Origin: Mycolicibacterium smegmatis
Lineage (GTDB): Bacteria; Actinomycetota; Actinomycetes; Mycobacteriales; Mycobacteriaceae
NCBI RefSeq assembly: GCF_001457595.1
Contig: NZ_LN831039.1
Coordinates: 3,660,001-3,692,000, forward strand
DNA: 32,000 nucleotides
Direction: 5' to 3'
The stretch's first letter is position 1. Every line of letters starts with the position of its first letter. A program made the position numbers and the translations under genes. The notes below the pieces were generated by a model. It saw only the letters and a program-made list of their open reading frames with translations, was not told the DNA's origin and did not search any database. Positions 7,324 to 15,059 of the stretch are shown here, piece by piece.

Positions 7324-8772
7324 ATGGCAGTTCTCGGGGGCGGCGACGTGTCACGACCGGCGCCACCGTTCGCTGCTGCCGCGGTCCTGCCGATAGCCGC
7401 GTTGACGGCGTTAGCTCATTGCGCCGCAGCGCTGTTGGGCAAGGGCTACTGGTTCGACGAGGTGTACATGCTGGCGATCGGCCGCTTCCACCTGGATTGG
7501 GGTGCGGCCGACCAGCCGCCCGTGACGCCCGCACTGGCCGCACTGGCCGGCACCGTGGCGCCGGGGTCGCTGGTCACCCTGCGGGCTCCCGCTGTGCTGG
7601 CCACCGGATGCGCCGTGGTGCTGGCGGCGCTCATCGCACGGGAGCTCGGTGGACGGCGCCGCGCCCAGGCCGTCACCGCGCTGGCGCAGGCCACGGCGCT
7701 GTTCTCGACGTTCGCCGGGCACTGGCTGACGCCCTACACGCTCGAACCCGCCCAGTGGCTGTTGCTCATCTGGCTTCTGGTGCGCTGGATTCGCACACGC
7801 GATGACCGCCTGCTGGTGGCGGCGGGAGCGGCCACCGGCCTGGCCGCGATGACGAAGTTTCAGGTGTTGCTTCTGTGTGCGGTGTTGCTGTTGGGCATCG
7901 CTTGGTGCGGACCGCGTGCGCTATTGAGGCGCCCGCTGTTGTGGGTCGGGGCCGCGGTCGCTCTTGCGATGGTGAGCCCGACGCTCGTGTGGCAGCACGT
8001 CCACGGATGGCCCCAGCTCCAGATGACCACGGTGGTCGCCGGTGAAGCCGAGTACCTGTACGGCGGCCGAGCCGGGGTCGCGGTCCAGCTGATCCTGTTC
8101 GCAGGTGTGCTCGGCGTGGGCCTGGGCGTGTACGGCGCATGGTGTCTGTTGCGCCACGCCGAATTCCGCGAGTATCGCTTCCTGCCGGCCGTCGGCGTCG
8201 TGCTCTACGTCGTGTTCGTCGCGACGGCCGGGCGGCCCTACTACCTGGGCGGGCTCTATGCGCCGTTTGTCGCCGCGGGTGCGGTTTGTCTCGAATCGGT
8301 GTCGCCTGGGACGGTCCGACGCTGGGCACTGCGGGTCGGAACGGTCACCGCTGTCGCGGCGACGGTTGCCATCTTGGTCCTGTCGGTGAACATCACCCCT
8401 CCTGACGTCGGGGACCGGATCGCGAAAGCCGCCGCCACGGCCTATCGCGACCTTCCCGAGGACGAGCGCGACCGCACGGTGCTTCTGGGCGAGTCGTACA
8501 TCACGGCCGCGTACCTGGACGGCGCCGCGCCGCGATACGGTCTGCCGCAGGCGTACGGCACCAACCGCAGTTACGGGTACTTCACTCCCCCTCCCGACAC
8601 GGCCGACGAGGCGTTGTACGTCGGCGCCGAACCCGACGGCATGCGCGAACATTTCGTGACGGTGCGCAACCTCGCCACGATCGACGGGGATCTCAAACTC
8701 TTCCTGTTGCGGGAGCGCAGGCACCCGTGGCCGCAGATCTGGTCCGAACAGCGGTCGCTGACGGTGTCGTAA
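7324..8772 (+). CDS. GT-C fold membrane glycosyltransferase (PMT_2 / ArnT / GT39-like, polyprenyl-phosphate-sugar dependent)
   Basis: GYWFDEVYMLAIGRFHLDWGAADQPPVTP matches the first-loop DE..Y / pP motif of ArnT/PMT-type enzymes. About 10 or more hydrophobic helices are followed by a soluble C-terminal domain. The real start is ATG 7324 (or GTG 7348); upstream ORF sequence is antisense to the Gly/Pro gene. Confidence 0.8.
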   Translation: MAVLGGGDVSRPAPPFAAAAVLPIAALTALAHCAAALLGKGYWFDEVYMLAIGRFHLDWGAADQPPVTPALAALAGTVAPGSLVTLRAPAVLATGCAVVLAALIARELGGRRRAQAVTALAQATALFSTFAGHWLTPYTLEPAQWLLLIWLLVRWIRTRDDRLLVAAGAATGLAAMTKFQVLLLCAVLLLGIAWCGPRALLRRPLLWVGAAVALAMVSPTLVWQHVHGWPQLQMTTVVAGEAEYLYGGRAGVAVQLILFAGVLGVGLGVYGAWCLLRHAEFREYRFLPAVGVVLYVVFVATAGRPYYLGGLYAPFVAAGAVCLESVSPGTVRRWALRVGTVTAVAATVAILVLSVNITPPDVGDRIAKAAATAYRDLPEDERDRTVLLGESYITAAYLDGAAPRYGLPQAYGTNRSYGYFTPPPDTADEALYVGAEPDGMREHFVTVRNLATIDGDLKLFLLRERRHPWPQIWSEQRSLTVS

Positions 8773-9048
8773 GCGGCGCCGGCGTCATGTGACGAGGGCA
8801 CATCCGAATCGCCCTGGAAGGGACGCCGTTCCCTCGACCGCGCCACACATGTTGCCCGAGTTGCCGATCCGAGGCTTCTCTGTTAACGCCGCGAGCCGGG
8901 CCACCCCGAACGACTCGGCGGCAACGACGAATTCTGCGGAATTCTGGTTAACCGCCAGAACCACCGTTCGCCGCGATTGACTTGTCGGTTGCCCCGACGT
9001 CGTTGCTCCCCGCAAACACCTTCGGCGTGAACCCGACCGAGATGATTG

Positions 9049-9077
9049 TTGACAATCCTACCGACCCTCGTTAGTTT
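9049..9077 (+). promoter_or_regulatory. SigA-like promoter candidate for the ABC importer operon: TTGACA-17 nt-TAGTTT
   Basis: -35 TTGACA at 9049-9054, a 17-nt spacer, and -10 TAGTTT at 9072-9077. It lies in a lower-GC 370-bp intergenic region about 80 nt upstream of the SBP start. Confidence 0.4.
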
Positions 9078-9145
9078 TTCGGGCAATCCGAGCCGTCGAA
9101 CATCTGTACATCGATTTGCCTGGCCATCGAGACAACGGACCATGA

Positions 9146-10045
9146 TTGGAGCCGAGAGTGCCTCATGATCTGTCCAGGCGGCAATTGCTGCGTGGCGCTG
9201 GGGCTTTGGCTGTCGGCGTCCCCCTGGCAGCAGCGCTGGGCGCCTGCACCTTCACCGAACCCGGCACCGGCGCACCGAAAGGCAGTGTGCTCGACCGCGG
9301 GCGGCGACAGGGCTACCTGCGCGTCGCGGTCTTCAACGAGCCGCCGTACACCAAACTCGAAGTGGACGGCACCGTGACAGGCGCCGAGCCGGACGTTCTC
9401 CGTGCGGTGTTGCAACGCCTGGGCATCGACGACATCCGAGGCGCCAGAATCGAATACGACGCGATGATCCCGTCGCTGAAATCGGGGCAGGTCGACGTCA
9501 TCGCCGCGGGCCTGTTCATGAAGCAGTCACGCTGCGCCGAGGTCGCGTACTCCGAACCGGTGATCGTGTCGACCGAATCCTTCGCCGTGCCACCCGGCAA
9601 CCCCGCGGGCATCACCACCATCCGCGACGTGCTGGACAACCCCGGTATGAAGATCGCTGTGCTGCCAGGCGGTTTCGAGGAAGGAATCCTCATCGCGGCC
9701 AAAGTGCCGCAGTCACAACGGGTCATCGTCCGCGACAACGTCAGTGGCGTCGAGTCACTTGCCGCAGGCCGCGTCGACGCCTTCCTGCTGCCCACCCTCT
9801 CGCTGCGGGGCATGGCTCAGGTGAACAAGAGCTTCGAGGTCACCGACCCCATCGAGGACGCACCCGCCACGGGCTCCGGTGCGGCGTTCGAGCAGTCCCA
9901 GACCGACGACGTCGCGAGGTACAACGAGGTGCTCGACGAGTTCAAGAAGGGCCCGGAATTCGCCGACATCATGCAGAGATGGGGTTTCGATGCCGAGGCG
10001 GCGCTAGGCGTCACCACAGCGGAACTCTGCGAGGCAGAGGGATAG
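9146..10045 (+). CDS. ABC transporter substrate-binding lipoprotein, family 3 (polar amino acid/opine/ectoine type), Tat-type signal
   Basis: SRRQLLRGAGALAVGVPLAAALGAC has a twin-Arg motif and a lipobox Cys. The body resembles PF00497-type binding proteins. The likely true start is GTG 9158 (GGAG 6 nt upstream); TTG 9146 is the longest ORF. Confidence 0.85.
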   Translation: MEPRVPHDLSRRQLLRGAGALAVGVPLAAALGACTFTEPGTGAPKGSVLDRGRRQGYLRVAVFNEPPYTKLEVDGTVTGAEPDVLRAVLQRLGIDDIRGARIEYDAMIPSLKSGQVDVIAAGLFMKQSRCAEVAYSEPVIVSTESFAVPPGNPAGITTIRDVLDNPGMKIAVLPGGFEEGILIAAKVPQSQRVIVRDNVSGVESLAAGRVDAFLLPTLSLRGMAQVNKSFEVTDPIEDAPATGSGAAFEQSQTDDVARYNEVLDEFKKGPEFADIMQRWGFDAEAALGVTTAELCEAEG

Positions 10046-10055
10046 AGCCGAACCG

Positions 10056-10769
10056 ATGAACCAACTGCTCCAGTACCAGAGTCTGCTGTGGGAAGGGCTC
10101 TGGACAACGGTCCTGGTGACCGTGTTCGGCATCCTCATCGCCGTCGTGGTGGCCTTCGTCGTCGGGTTCATGCGACTCTCGCGACACCGGATCGTGCGGG
10201 CCCCGGCGTACGTGTTCGTCGAGTTCTTCCGCGGCACGTCGATCCTGGTCCAGCTGGCATGGGTGGTGTACGCGCTGCCGTTCCTGGGTGTGCGTTTCAC
10301 CGACAACCTCGTCGCGGGCATCGTCGTCCTCGGCCTGAACGAGGGAGCCTACGCGGCCGAGATCGTCCGCGGCGCAATCGCATCCCGGCCACGCGGACAG
10401 ACCGAGGCGGCCGTGGCGCTCGGCATGAAACCCGCGCAGCGGATGCGCCGCATCCTGGTGCCGCAGTCGATCCCGGTGATGCTGCCGTCTTTCGGCAACG
10501 TCGCGGTCGACCTGTTGAAGGCCACGCCGCTGGTGTACTTCATCGGCGTCGCCGACTTCACGGCCAACGGTCTGGCCATCCGCACCGAAACACAGGACAC
10601 CACAACGATCCTGCTCACGCTGCTGGTCGTCTACTTCATCCTCGCGCTGATACTCGCCGCGATCACACGATGGCTCGAGAACCGGTTCGGCCTGGAGCAC
10701 CGGCGCCGCGGCCTGCTGCGCGGCTCACCGCGGCCGGTGTTCCGCCCGATGATCGGCAGCACATCATGA
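10056..10769 (+). CDS. amino-acid ABC transporter permease (His/Glu/Gln/Arg/opine family)
   Basis: EAAVALGMKPAQRMRRILVPQS is the EAA loop motif. There are about 5 TM segments. The gene follows the SBP gene by 10 nt. Confidence 0.9.
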   Translation: MNQLLQYQSLLWEGLWTTVLVTVFGILIAVVVAFVVGFMRLSRHRIVRAPAYVFVEFFRGTSILVQLAWVVYALPFLGVRFTDNLVAGIVVLGLNEGAYAAEIVRGAIASRPRGQTEAAVALGMKPAQRMRRILVPQSIPVMLPSFGNVAVDLLKATPLVYFIGVADFTANGLAIRTETQDTTTILLTLLVVYFILALILAAITRWLENRFGLEHRRRGLLRGSPRPVFRPMIGSTS

Positions 10770-11446
10770 CAACCACCTACGTCGCGGCCCAGATCTGGGA
10801 CAACCAGTTCGCGCTCGAGATCTTCCCCAAACTGCTCGACGCGTTCTGGCTCACCATCCGGCTCACCATCGTCGGCATGGCCATAGCGCTGGTCCTCGGC
10901 CTGTTCGTCGCGGTGATCCGCTATCCACGCATACCTGTGGTGTCGCAGCTGTTCGACTTCTACGTGCTGTTCGTCCGCGGCACACCGTTGTTGGTGCAGA
11001 TCTTCGCGGTGTACTTCATCCTGCCCGAGTACGGGATCACGCTGTCCAACTTCACCGCGGGCGTGCTGGTCCTCGGCATCAACTACAGCGCCTACACCGC
11101 GGAGGTCTACCGCGCAGGCATCGAAGCGCTGCCGAAGGGCCAGTGGGAGGCAGCGACCGCGTTGAACCTGTCGCGCGCACGCACGTGGTCGAGAATCGTT
11201 CTTCCGCAATCGATCGCGATGATCATCCCGGTCCTGGGCAACTACCTGATCCAGATGTTCAAGGACACCGCGCTGCTGTACGCGATCGGCACACTGGAGG
11301 TGCTGACGACGGCCCGTTCCATCGGACAGAGCACGGGACAGTTCCTCGAGCCCCTCACGATCGCCGGCCTGATGTACCTGATCATCAGCTACGTCTCCTC
11401 GCTCGCGATCAGGCAGATGGAGCGGCGCTATGCACCAGTTCACTGA
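10766..11446 (+). CDS. amino-acid ABC transporter permease (second subunit)
   Basis: ATG 10766 overlaps the upstream stop (ATGA). EAATALNLSRARTWSRIVLPQS is the EAA loop. The long track ORF starting at 10088 is an out-of-frame upstream extension. Confidence 0.9.
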   Translation: MTTTYVAAQIWDNQFALEIFPKLLDAFWLTIRLTIVGMAIALVLGLFVAVIRYPRIPVVSQLFDFYVLFVRGTPLLVQIFAVYFILPEYGITLSNFTAGVLVLGINYSAYTAEVYRAGIEALPKGQWEAATALNLSRARTWSRIVLPQSIAMIIPVLGNYLIQMFKDTALLYAIGTLEVLTTARSIGQSTGQFLEPLTIAGLMYLIISYVSSLAIRQMERRYAPVH

Positions 11447-11476
11447 CATCCGTGCATGTAACGACGGGAAGGCCTG

Positions 11477-12232
11477 ATGATCACATTCGAGAACGTCAGC
11501 AAGAGCTGGGGCGACAACCGCGTCCTGCGCTCACTCAACTTCGAGGTCGCGCGCGGAGAGAAGGTCTCCATCATCGGACCTTCCGGGTCGGGCAAGACCA
11601 CCATTCTGCGCATCCTCATGACACTGGAGACCCCAGACGATGGACTGGTGACGATCGACGGTGAAACACTGTGGGACGCCCGCGACGGCAAGAAGTGCAA
11701 GGAGACCAGGGCGCTACGCGCCACCCGGAGCAAGGTCGGCATGGTCTTCCAGCAGTTCAACCTGTTCCCGCACATGACCGCGTTCGAGAACATCATCGAG
11801 GCACCGGTGCACGTTCTCGGCATGTCGAAGGCCGAGGCCTCCACACGCGCCCGCGACCTGCTGGAGATGGTCGGGCTGAGCGAACACGCAGACCACAAGC
11901 CGCACAAGCTCTCCGGCGGACAGCAGCAAAGGGTCGCGATCGCGCGTGCCATGGCGATGCGCCCCTCGGTGCTGCTGTTCGACGAGCCGACGTCGGCACT
12001 GGACCCCGAACTGATCGGCGACGTGCTCGGCGTGATCCGCGACCTCGCCAACGACACCGACATGACGATGCTGATGGTGACCCACGAGATGCGCTTCGCC
12101 GAGGAGATCTCCGACCGGGTGGTGATGTTCGATTCGGGAACCGCGATCGAGACCGGCCCGCCCGCGCAGGTGCTGAGAAATCCGACGCACGAGCGCACCC
12201 AGCGTTTCCTGCATGCCGTGCTCGACCGCTGA
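11477..12232 (+). CDS. amino-acid ABC transporter ATP-binding protein
   Basis: Walker A GPSGSGKTT, signature LSGGQQQRVAIARA, Walker B LLFDEPTSALD and H-loop VTHEM are all present. SD gggaagg. An insertion before VGMVFQ resembles the opine/ectoine-type ATPases. Confidence 0.95.
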   Translation: MITFENVSKSWGDNRVLRSLNFEVARGEKVSIIGPSGSGKTTILRILMTLETPDDGLVTIDGETLWDARDGKKCKETRALRATRSKVGMVFQQFNLFPHMTAFENIIEAPVHVLGMSKAEASTRARDLLEMVGLSEHADHKPHKLSGGQQQRVAIARAMAMRPSVLLFDEPTSALDPELIGDVLGVIRDLANDTDMTMLMVTHEMRFAEEISDRVVMFDSGTAIETGPPAQVLRNPTHERTQRFLHAVLDR

Positions 12233-12287
12233 CCGTATTTCCGCCGGGATTCCACCCGTCGGCGCCGCGGCGCTCTACCCTGGCGGC

Positions 12288-13565
12288 ATGGGTATCGCAC
12301 CGCGGGTCAACGGGGCGGCTCCGCCCGATGTGCCGTTGTCGGAGATCAACCTCGGGTCGTGGGACTTCTGGGCACTCGACGACGACATCCGCGACGGCGC
12401 GTTCGCCACGCTGCGCCGTGAGGCCCCCATCTCGTTCCACCCGGCGTTCGACACCGAGGAGGGTTTTCCGCAGGGTGCGGGCCACTGGGCGCTCACACGC
12501 CACGACGACGTGTTCTACGCCAGCAGGCACCCCGAGTTGTTCAGTTCGGCGTCGGGGATCGTCATCGGTGATCAAACCCCGGAACTCGCAGAGTATTTCG
12601 GCTCGATGATCGCCATGGACGATCCGCGACACACGCGGCTGCGCAACATCGTCCGCAGCGCGTTCACCCCGCGGGTGCTCGCCGTCATCGAGGATTCGGT
12701 GCGTGACCGGGCCCGCAGGCTCGTGGCCGGCATGGTCGATCGCAATCCCGACGGCCACGCCGAACTGGTCACCGAACTTGCCGGACCGCTGCCGCTGCAG
12801 ATCATCTGCGACATGATGGGCATCCCGGAGAGCGACCACCAACAGATCTTTCACTGGACCAACGTGATCCTTGGCTTCGGCGACCCCGATCTGACAACGG
12901 ATTTCGACGAGTTCGTCACCGTCGCGATGGACATCGGCGCATATGCCACCGCGCTGGCCGACCAACGTCGCTCGGCGCCGGCCGACGACCTGACCACAAG
13001 CCTGGTGCAGGCCGAGGTCGACGGGGAACGGCTCACCTCGGCCGAGGTCGCGTCGTTCTTCATCCTGCTGGTCGTCGCGGGCAACGAGACCACCCGCAAC
13101 GCGATCAGCCACGGCGTTCTCGCACTCACCCGCTACCCCGAACAACGCCGGTTGTGGTGGTCACGCTTCGACGAACTCGCCCCCACCGCGGTCGAGGAGA
13201 TCGTGCGCTGGGCATCGCCGGTGAGCTACATGCGCCGCACCGTGACCCGCGATACCGAACTGGCCGGCACAGCGCTTCCGGCCGGGTCCAAGGTCACGCT
13301 GTGGTACGGCTCGGCGAACCGCGACGAGACGAAGTTCGACAACCCGTGGATGTTCGACGTGCAGCGCCATCCCAATCCGCACGTGGGATTCGGCGGCGGT
13401 GGCGCCCACTTCTGCCTGGGCGCCAACCTCGCGCGGCGCGAGATCACCGTGCTGTTCTCCGAACTGCACCGCCACCTGCCCGACATCGTCGCCACCGAGG
13501 AACCCGACCGTCTGCAATCGGCATTCATCCACGGCATCAAGCGCCTTCCGGTCGCGTGGCGCTGA
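12288..13565 (+). CDS. cytochrome P450 (CYP124/CYP125-like clade)
   Basis: Heme loop FGGGGAHFCLGANLAR, I-helix VAGNETTRN and EEIVRW (ExxR) are present. The overall pattern resembles mycobacterial CYP125 as recalled. ATG 12288 is chosen; the upstream ORF part overlaps the ATPase gene. Confidence 0.9.
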   Translation: MGIAPRVNGAAPPDVPLSEINLGSWDFWALDDDIRDGAFATLRREAPISFHPAFDTEEGFPQGAGHWALTRHDDVFYASRHPELFSSASGIVIGDQTPELAEYFGSMIAMDDPRHTRLRNIVRSAFTPRVLAVIEDSVRDRARRLVAGMVDRNPDGHAELVTELAGPLPLQIICDMMGIPESDHQQIFHWTNVILGFGDPDLTTDFDEFVTVAMDIGAYATALADQRRSAPADDLTTSLVQAEVDGERLTSAEVASFFILLVVAGNETTRNAISHGVLALTRYPEQRRLWWSRFDELAPTAVEEIVRWASPVSYMRRTVTRDTELAGTALPAGSKVTLWYGSANRDETKFDNPWMFDVQRHPNPHVGFGGGGAHFCLGANLARREITVLFSELHRHLPDIVATEEPDRLQSAFIHGIKRLPVAWR

Positions 13566-13583
13566 GCCGGCTGCTCGGGATTT

Positions 13584-14816
13584 CTAGTCGGAAACTGCCG
13601 CCAATTCCGGCGCAAGCGCCACCAGGACACGCGCCGAGTCTTTCGGTACCGTCATGTCCAGCCCGGTGAGTTCCTTGAGCCGACGGATTCGTTTCATCAC
13701 CGTGTTCCGGTGGCAGAACAGTTCGGCCGCAGTCGCACTCACATCGCCATTCCCGGCGAAGACACTGATCGTCTCCATCAAGACTTTCAACTCGGCGGGT
13801 CGGCAGTCGCGTAGCGGACCCCGAATCGATTCCTCCAGCACGGGCAGACGAGAGTGCAAGGCGGCTCCCGCCACCAGAGGCCAGACATCCGCGGCAGTTG
13901 CGGGACCGATGTGGTCAGGATGCATGGACAGGGCTATCTCGCAGGCGATCTGAGCCGCGGACCTCAGCTGAGAGACTCCCCGGTGGAGCGGCGAAACGCC
14001 GCATCGCACCGGTTTCAGATCCGCGTACTCCGGGTCCGAAGTGCATCCATCGGGTACACCGTCGAGCTCGCTACCGACGACGTCGGCCACCCACACCGCC
14101 ACGATGCACTGGCCCATCGCATAGGTGTAGGCCAGCCTGCCACGCCGACGGAGTCGCTCGGCAAACTGCTGTAAGGGCGTGCCCTCAGACGCCAGAGCCG
14201 CAGCAACCCAGATGCCGTCGGTCTCGCGGATCGAGAGCGCCTGCCCCGCCCGTGCGATGAATGTCAACGACGGGTACTCGTCGGTGACCAACTTCGCCAA
14301 CAGCGATTGCACGCTCAGTGACCGTTCCTGGGCGATGGCGATCACCTCGTCGAAGTAAGCTGCGTGGATACGCCCGGCGAATCCGTCGACCACACGCCAC
14401 ACATCTTCGGCGTGTTCGGCCAACACGGCAGCGTCGTCATCCTCCGCCAACTCGCGAAAAGCCGCCCACAGCACCGAGAAATCCCGGTGTATGGCGGCGG
14501 TCAGTTTCTCCGACTCGACGCCCTGCGAGGCGCGCCGCACGCCGAGCTCACGGGTGATGCGGAGATCCTCCTCGCTGGTGGGTGTGCCTCGAAGCTGTCT
14601 GAGCAGCATCGTGAAGGCGGCGCGCGAACTCTCACGGAGGTCAGCGGTCTCCACCTTCGAGTCATAGAAGCGCCGCCCGTCATCGACCTGCGCCATGAAC
14701 GCATCGACCAGTTGGTCGCGGTGGTCGGTCACGCTGTTGATCAACTCCATCCAGCGGCTGCGTGACCACTGGCCGGCATCGGACGATTTGCGCATGAACG
14801 TCACCGTAGTGGTCAC
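13584..14816 (-). CDS. PucR-family transcriptional regulator
   Basis: The C-terminal ...SATAAELFCHRNTVMKRIRRLKELTGLDM... is the PucR C-terminal HTH. It is divergent from the dihydropyrimidinase operon. Start is GTG 14816 (alternative ATG 14795). Confidence 0.85.
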   Translation of the reverse strand: MTTTVTFMRKSSDAGQWSRSRWMELINSVTDHRDQLVDAFMAQVDDGRRFYDSKVETADLRESSRAAFTMLLRQLRGTPTSEEDLRITRELGVRRASQGVESEKLTAAIHRDFSVLWAAFRELAEDDDAAVLAEHAEDVWRVVDGFAGRIHAAYFDEVIAIAQERSLSVQSLLAKLVTDEYPSLTFIARAGQALSIRETDGIWVAAALASEGTPLQQFAERLRRRGRLAYTYAMGQCIVAVWVADVVGSELDGVPDGCTSDPEYADLKPVRCGVSPLHRGVSQLRSAAQIACEIALSMHPDHIGPATAADVWPLVAGAALHSRLPVLEESIRGPLRDCRPAELKVLMETISVFAGNGDVSATAAELFCHRNTVMKRIRRLKELTGLDMTVPKDSARVLVALAPELAAVSD

Positions 14817-14817
14817 A

Positions 14818-14831
14818 TGTGCACGTGCACA
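14818..14831. promoter_or_regulatory. perfect 14-bp palindrome TGTGCACGTGCACA abutting the PucR-type regulator start; candidate operator
   Basis: Read directly from the sequence. Related GTGCATCA elements recur at 14851-14858 and 14878-14885 in the same 240-bp divergent region. Confidence 0.35.
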
Positions 14832-15059
14832 CGGATAACTCGCATTTTCGGTGCATCATGCGGCTGGTTCGATGCGCGTGCATCACATACATTGTGACCG
14901 GGCGCAGTTTTCAGGAAACACCAAGGCGCACCACACCATTCTTCAAAGATCGCCTACACCGCATCGCGCGATATGACCCAGTGCCGTCGGCTGTCAACCG
15001 GGCGACCGATGGATGACTCGACCGAGCTTTTACAGCAGACGAGAGTGAATGAATTGGTA

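Noticed and set aside
8773-9048. Possible riboswitch or small gene in the 370-bp lower-GC spacer upstream of the ABC importer
   Set aside because: I recognised no conserved riboswitch core. The ORFs there (for example 8789-8980) have poor codon bias. Only a promoter-like element and short inverted repeats could be supported.
9146-12232. Naming the ABC system ehuBCDA (ectoine/hydroxyectoine uptake)
   Set aside because: The gene order and the ATPase insertion are reminiscent, but the same features occur in opine and other polar amino-acid importers. Substrate specificity cannot be read from the sequence without profile searches, so no symbols are assigned.
11793-13145. 450-aa minus-strand ORF antisense to the ATPase and P450 genes
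   Set aside because: The plus strand carries Walker/ABC signature motifs and the P450 heme loop. The antisense product is low-complexity.
14973-15059. Upstream extension or leader peptide of the dihydropyrimidinase (MTQCRRLSTGRPMDDSTELLQQTRVNELV)
   Set aside because: Codon bias is poor, there is no family homology, and the hydantoinase N-terminus MSSTLITGGTIVN begins at 15060. A regulatory uORF cannot be excluded, but nothing supports it.
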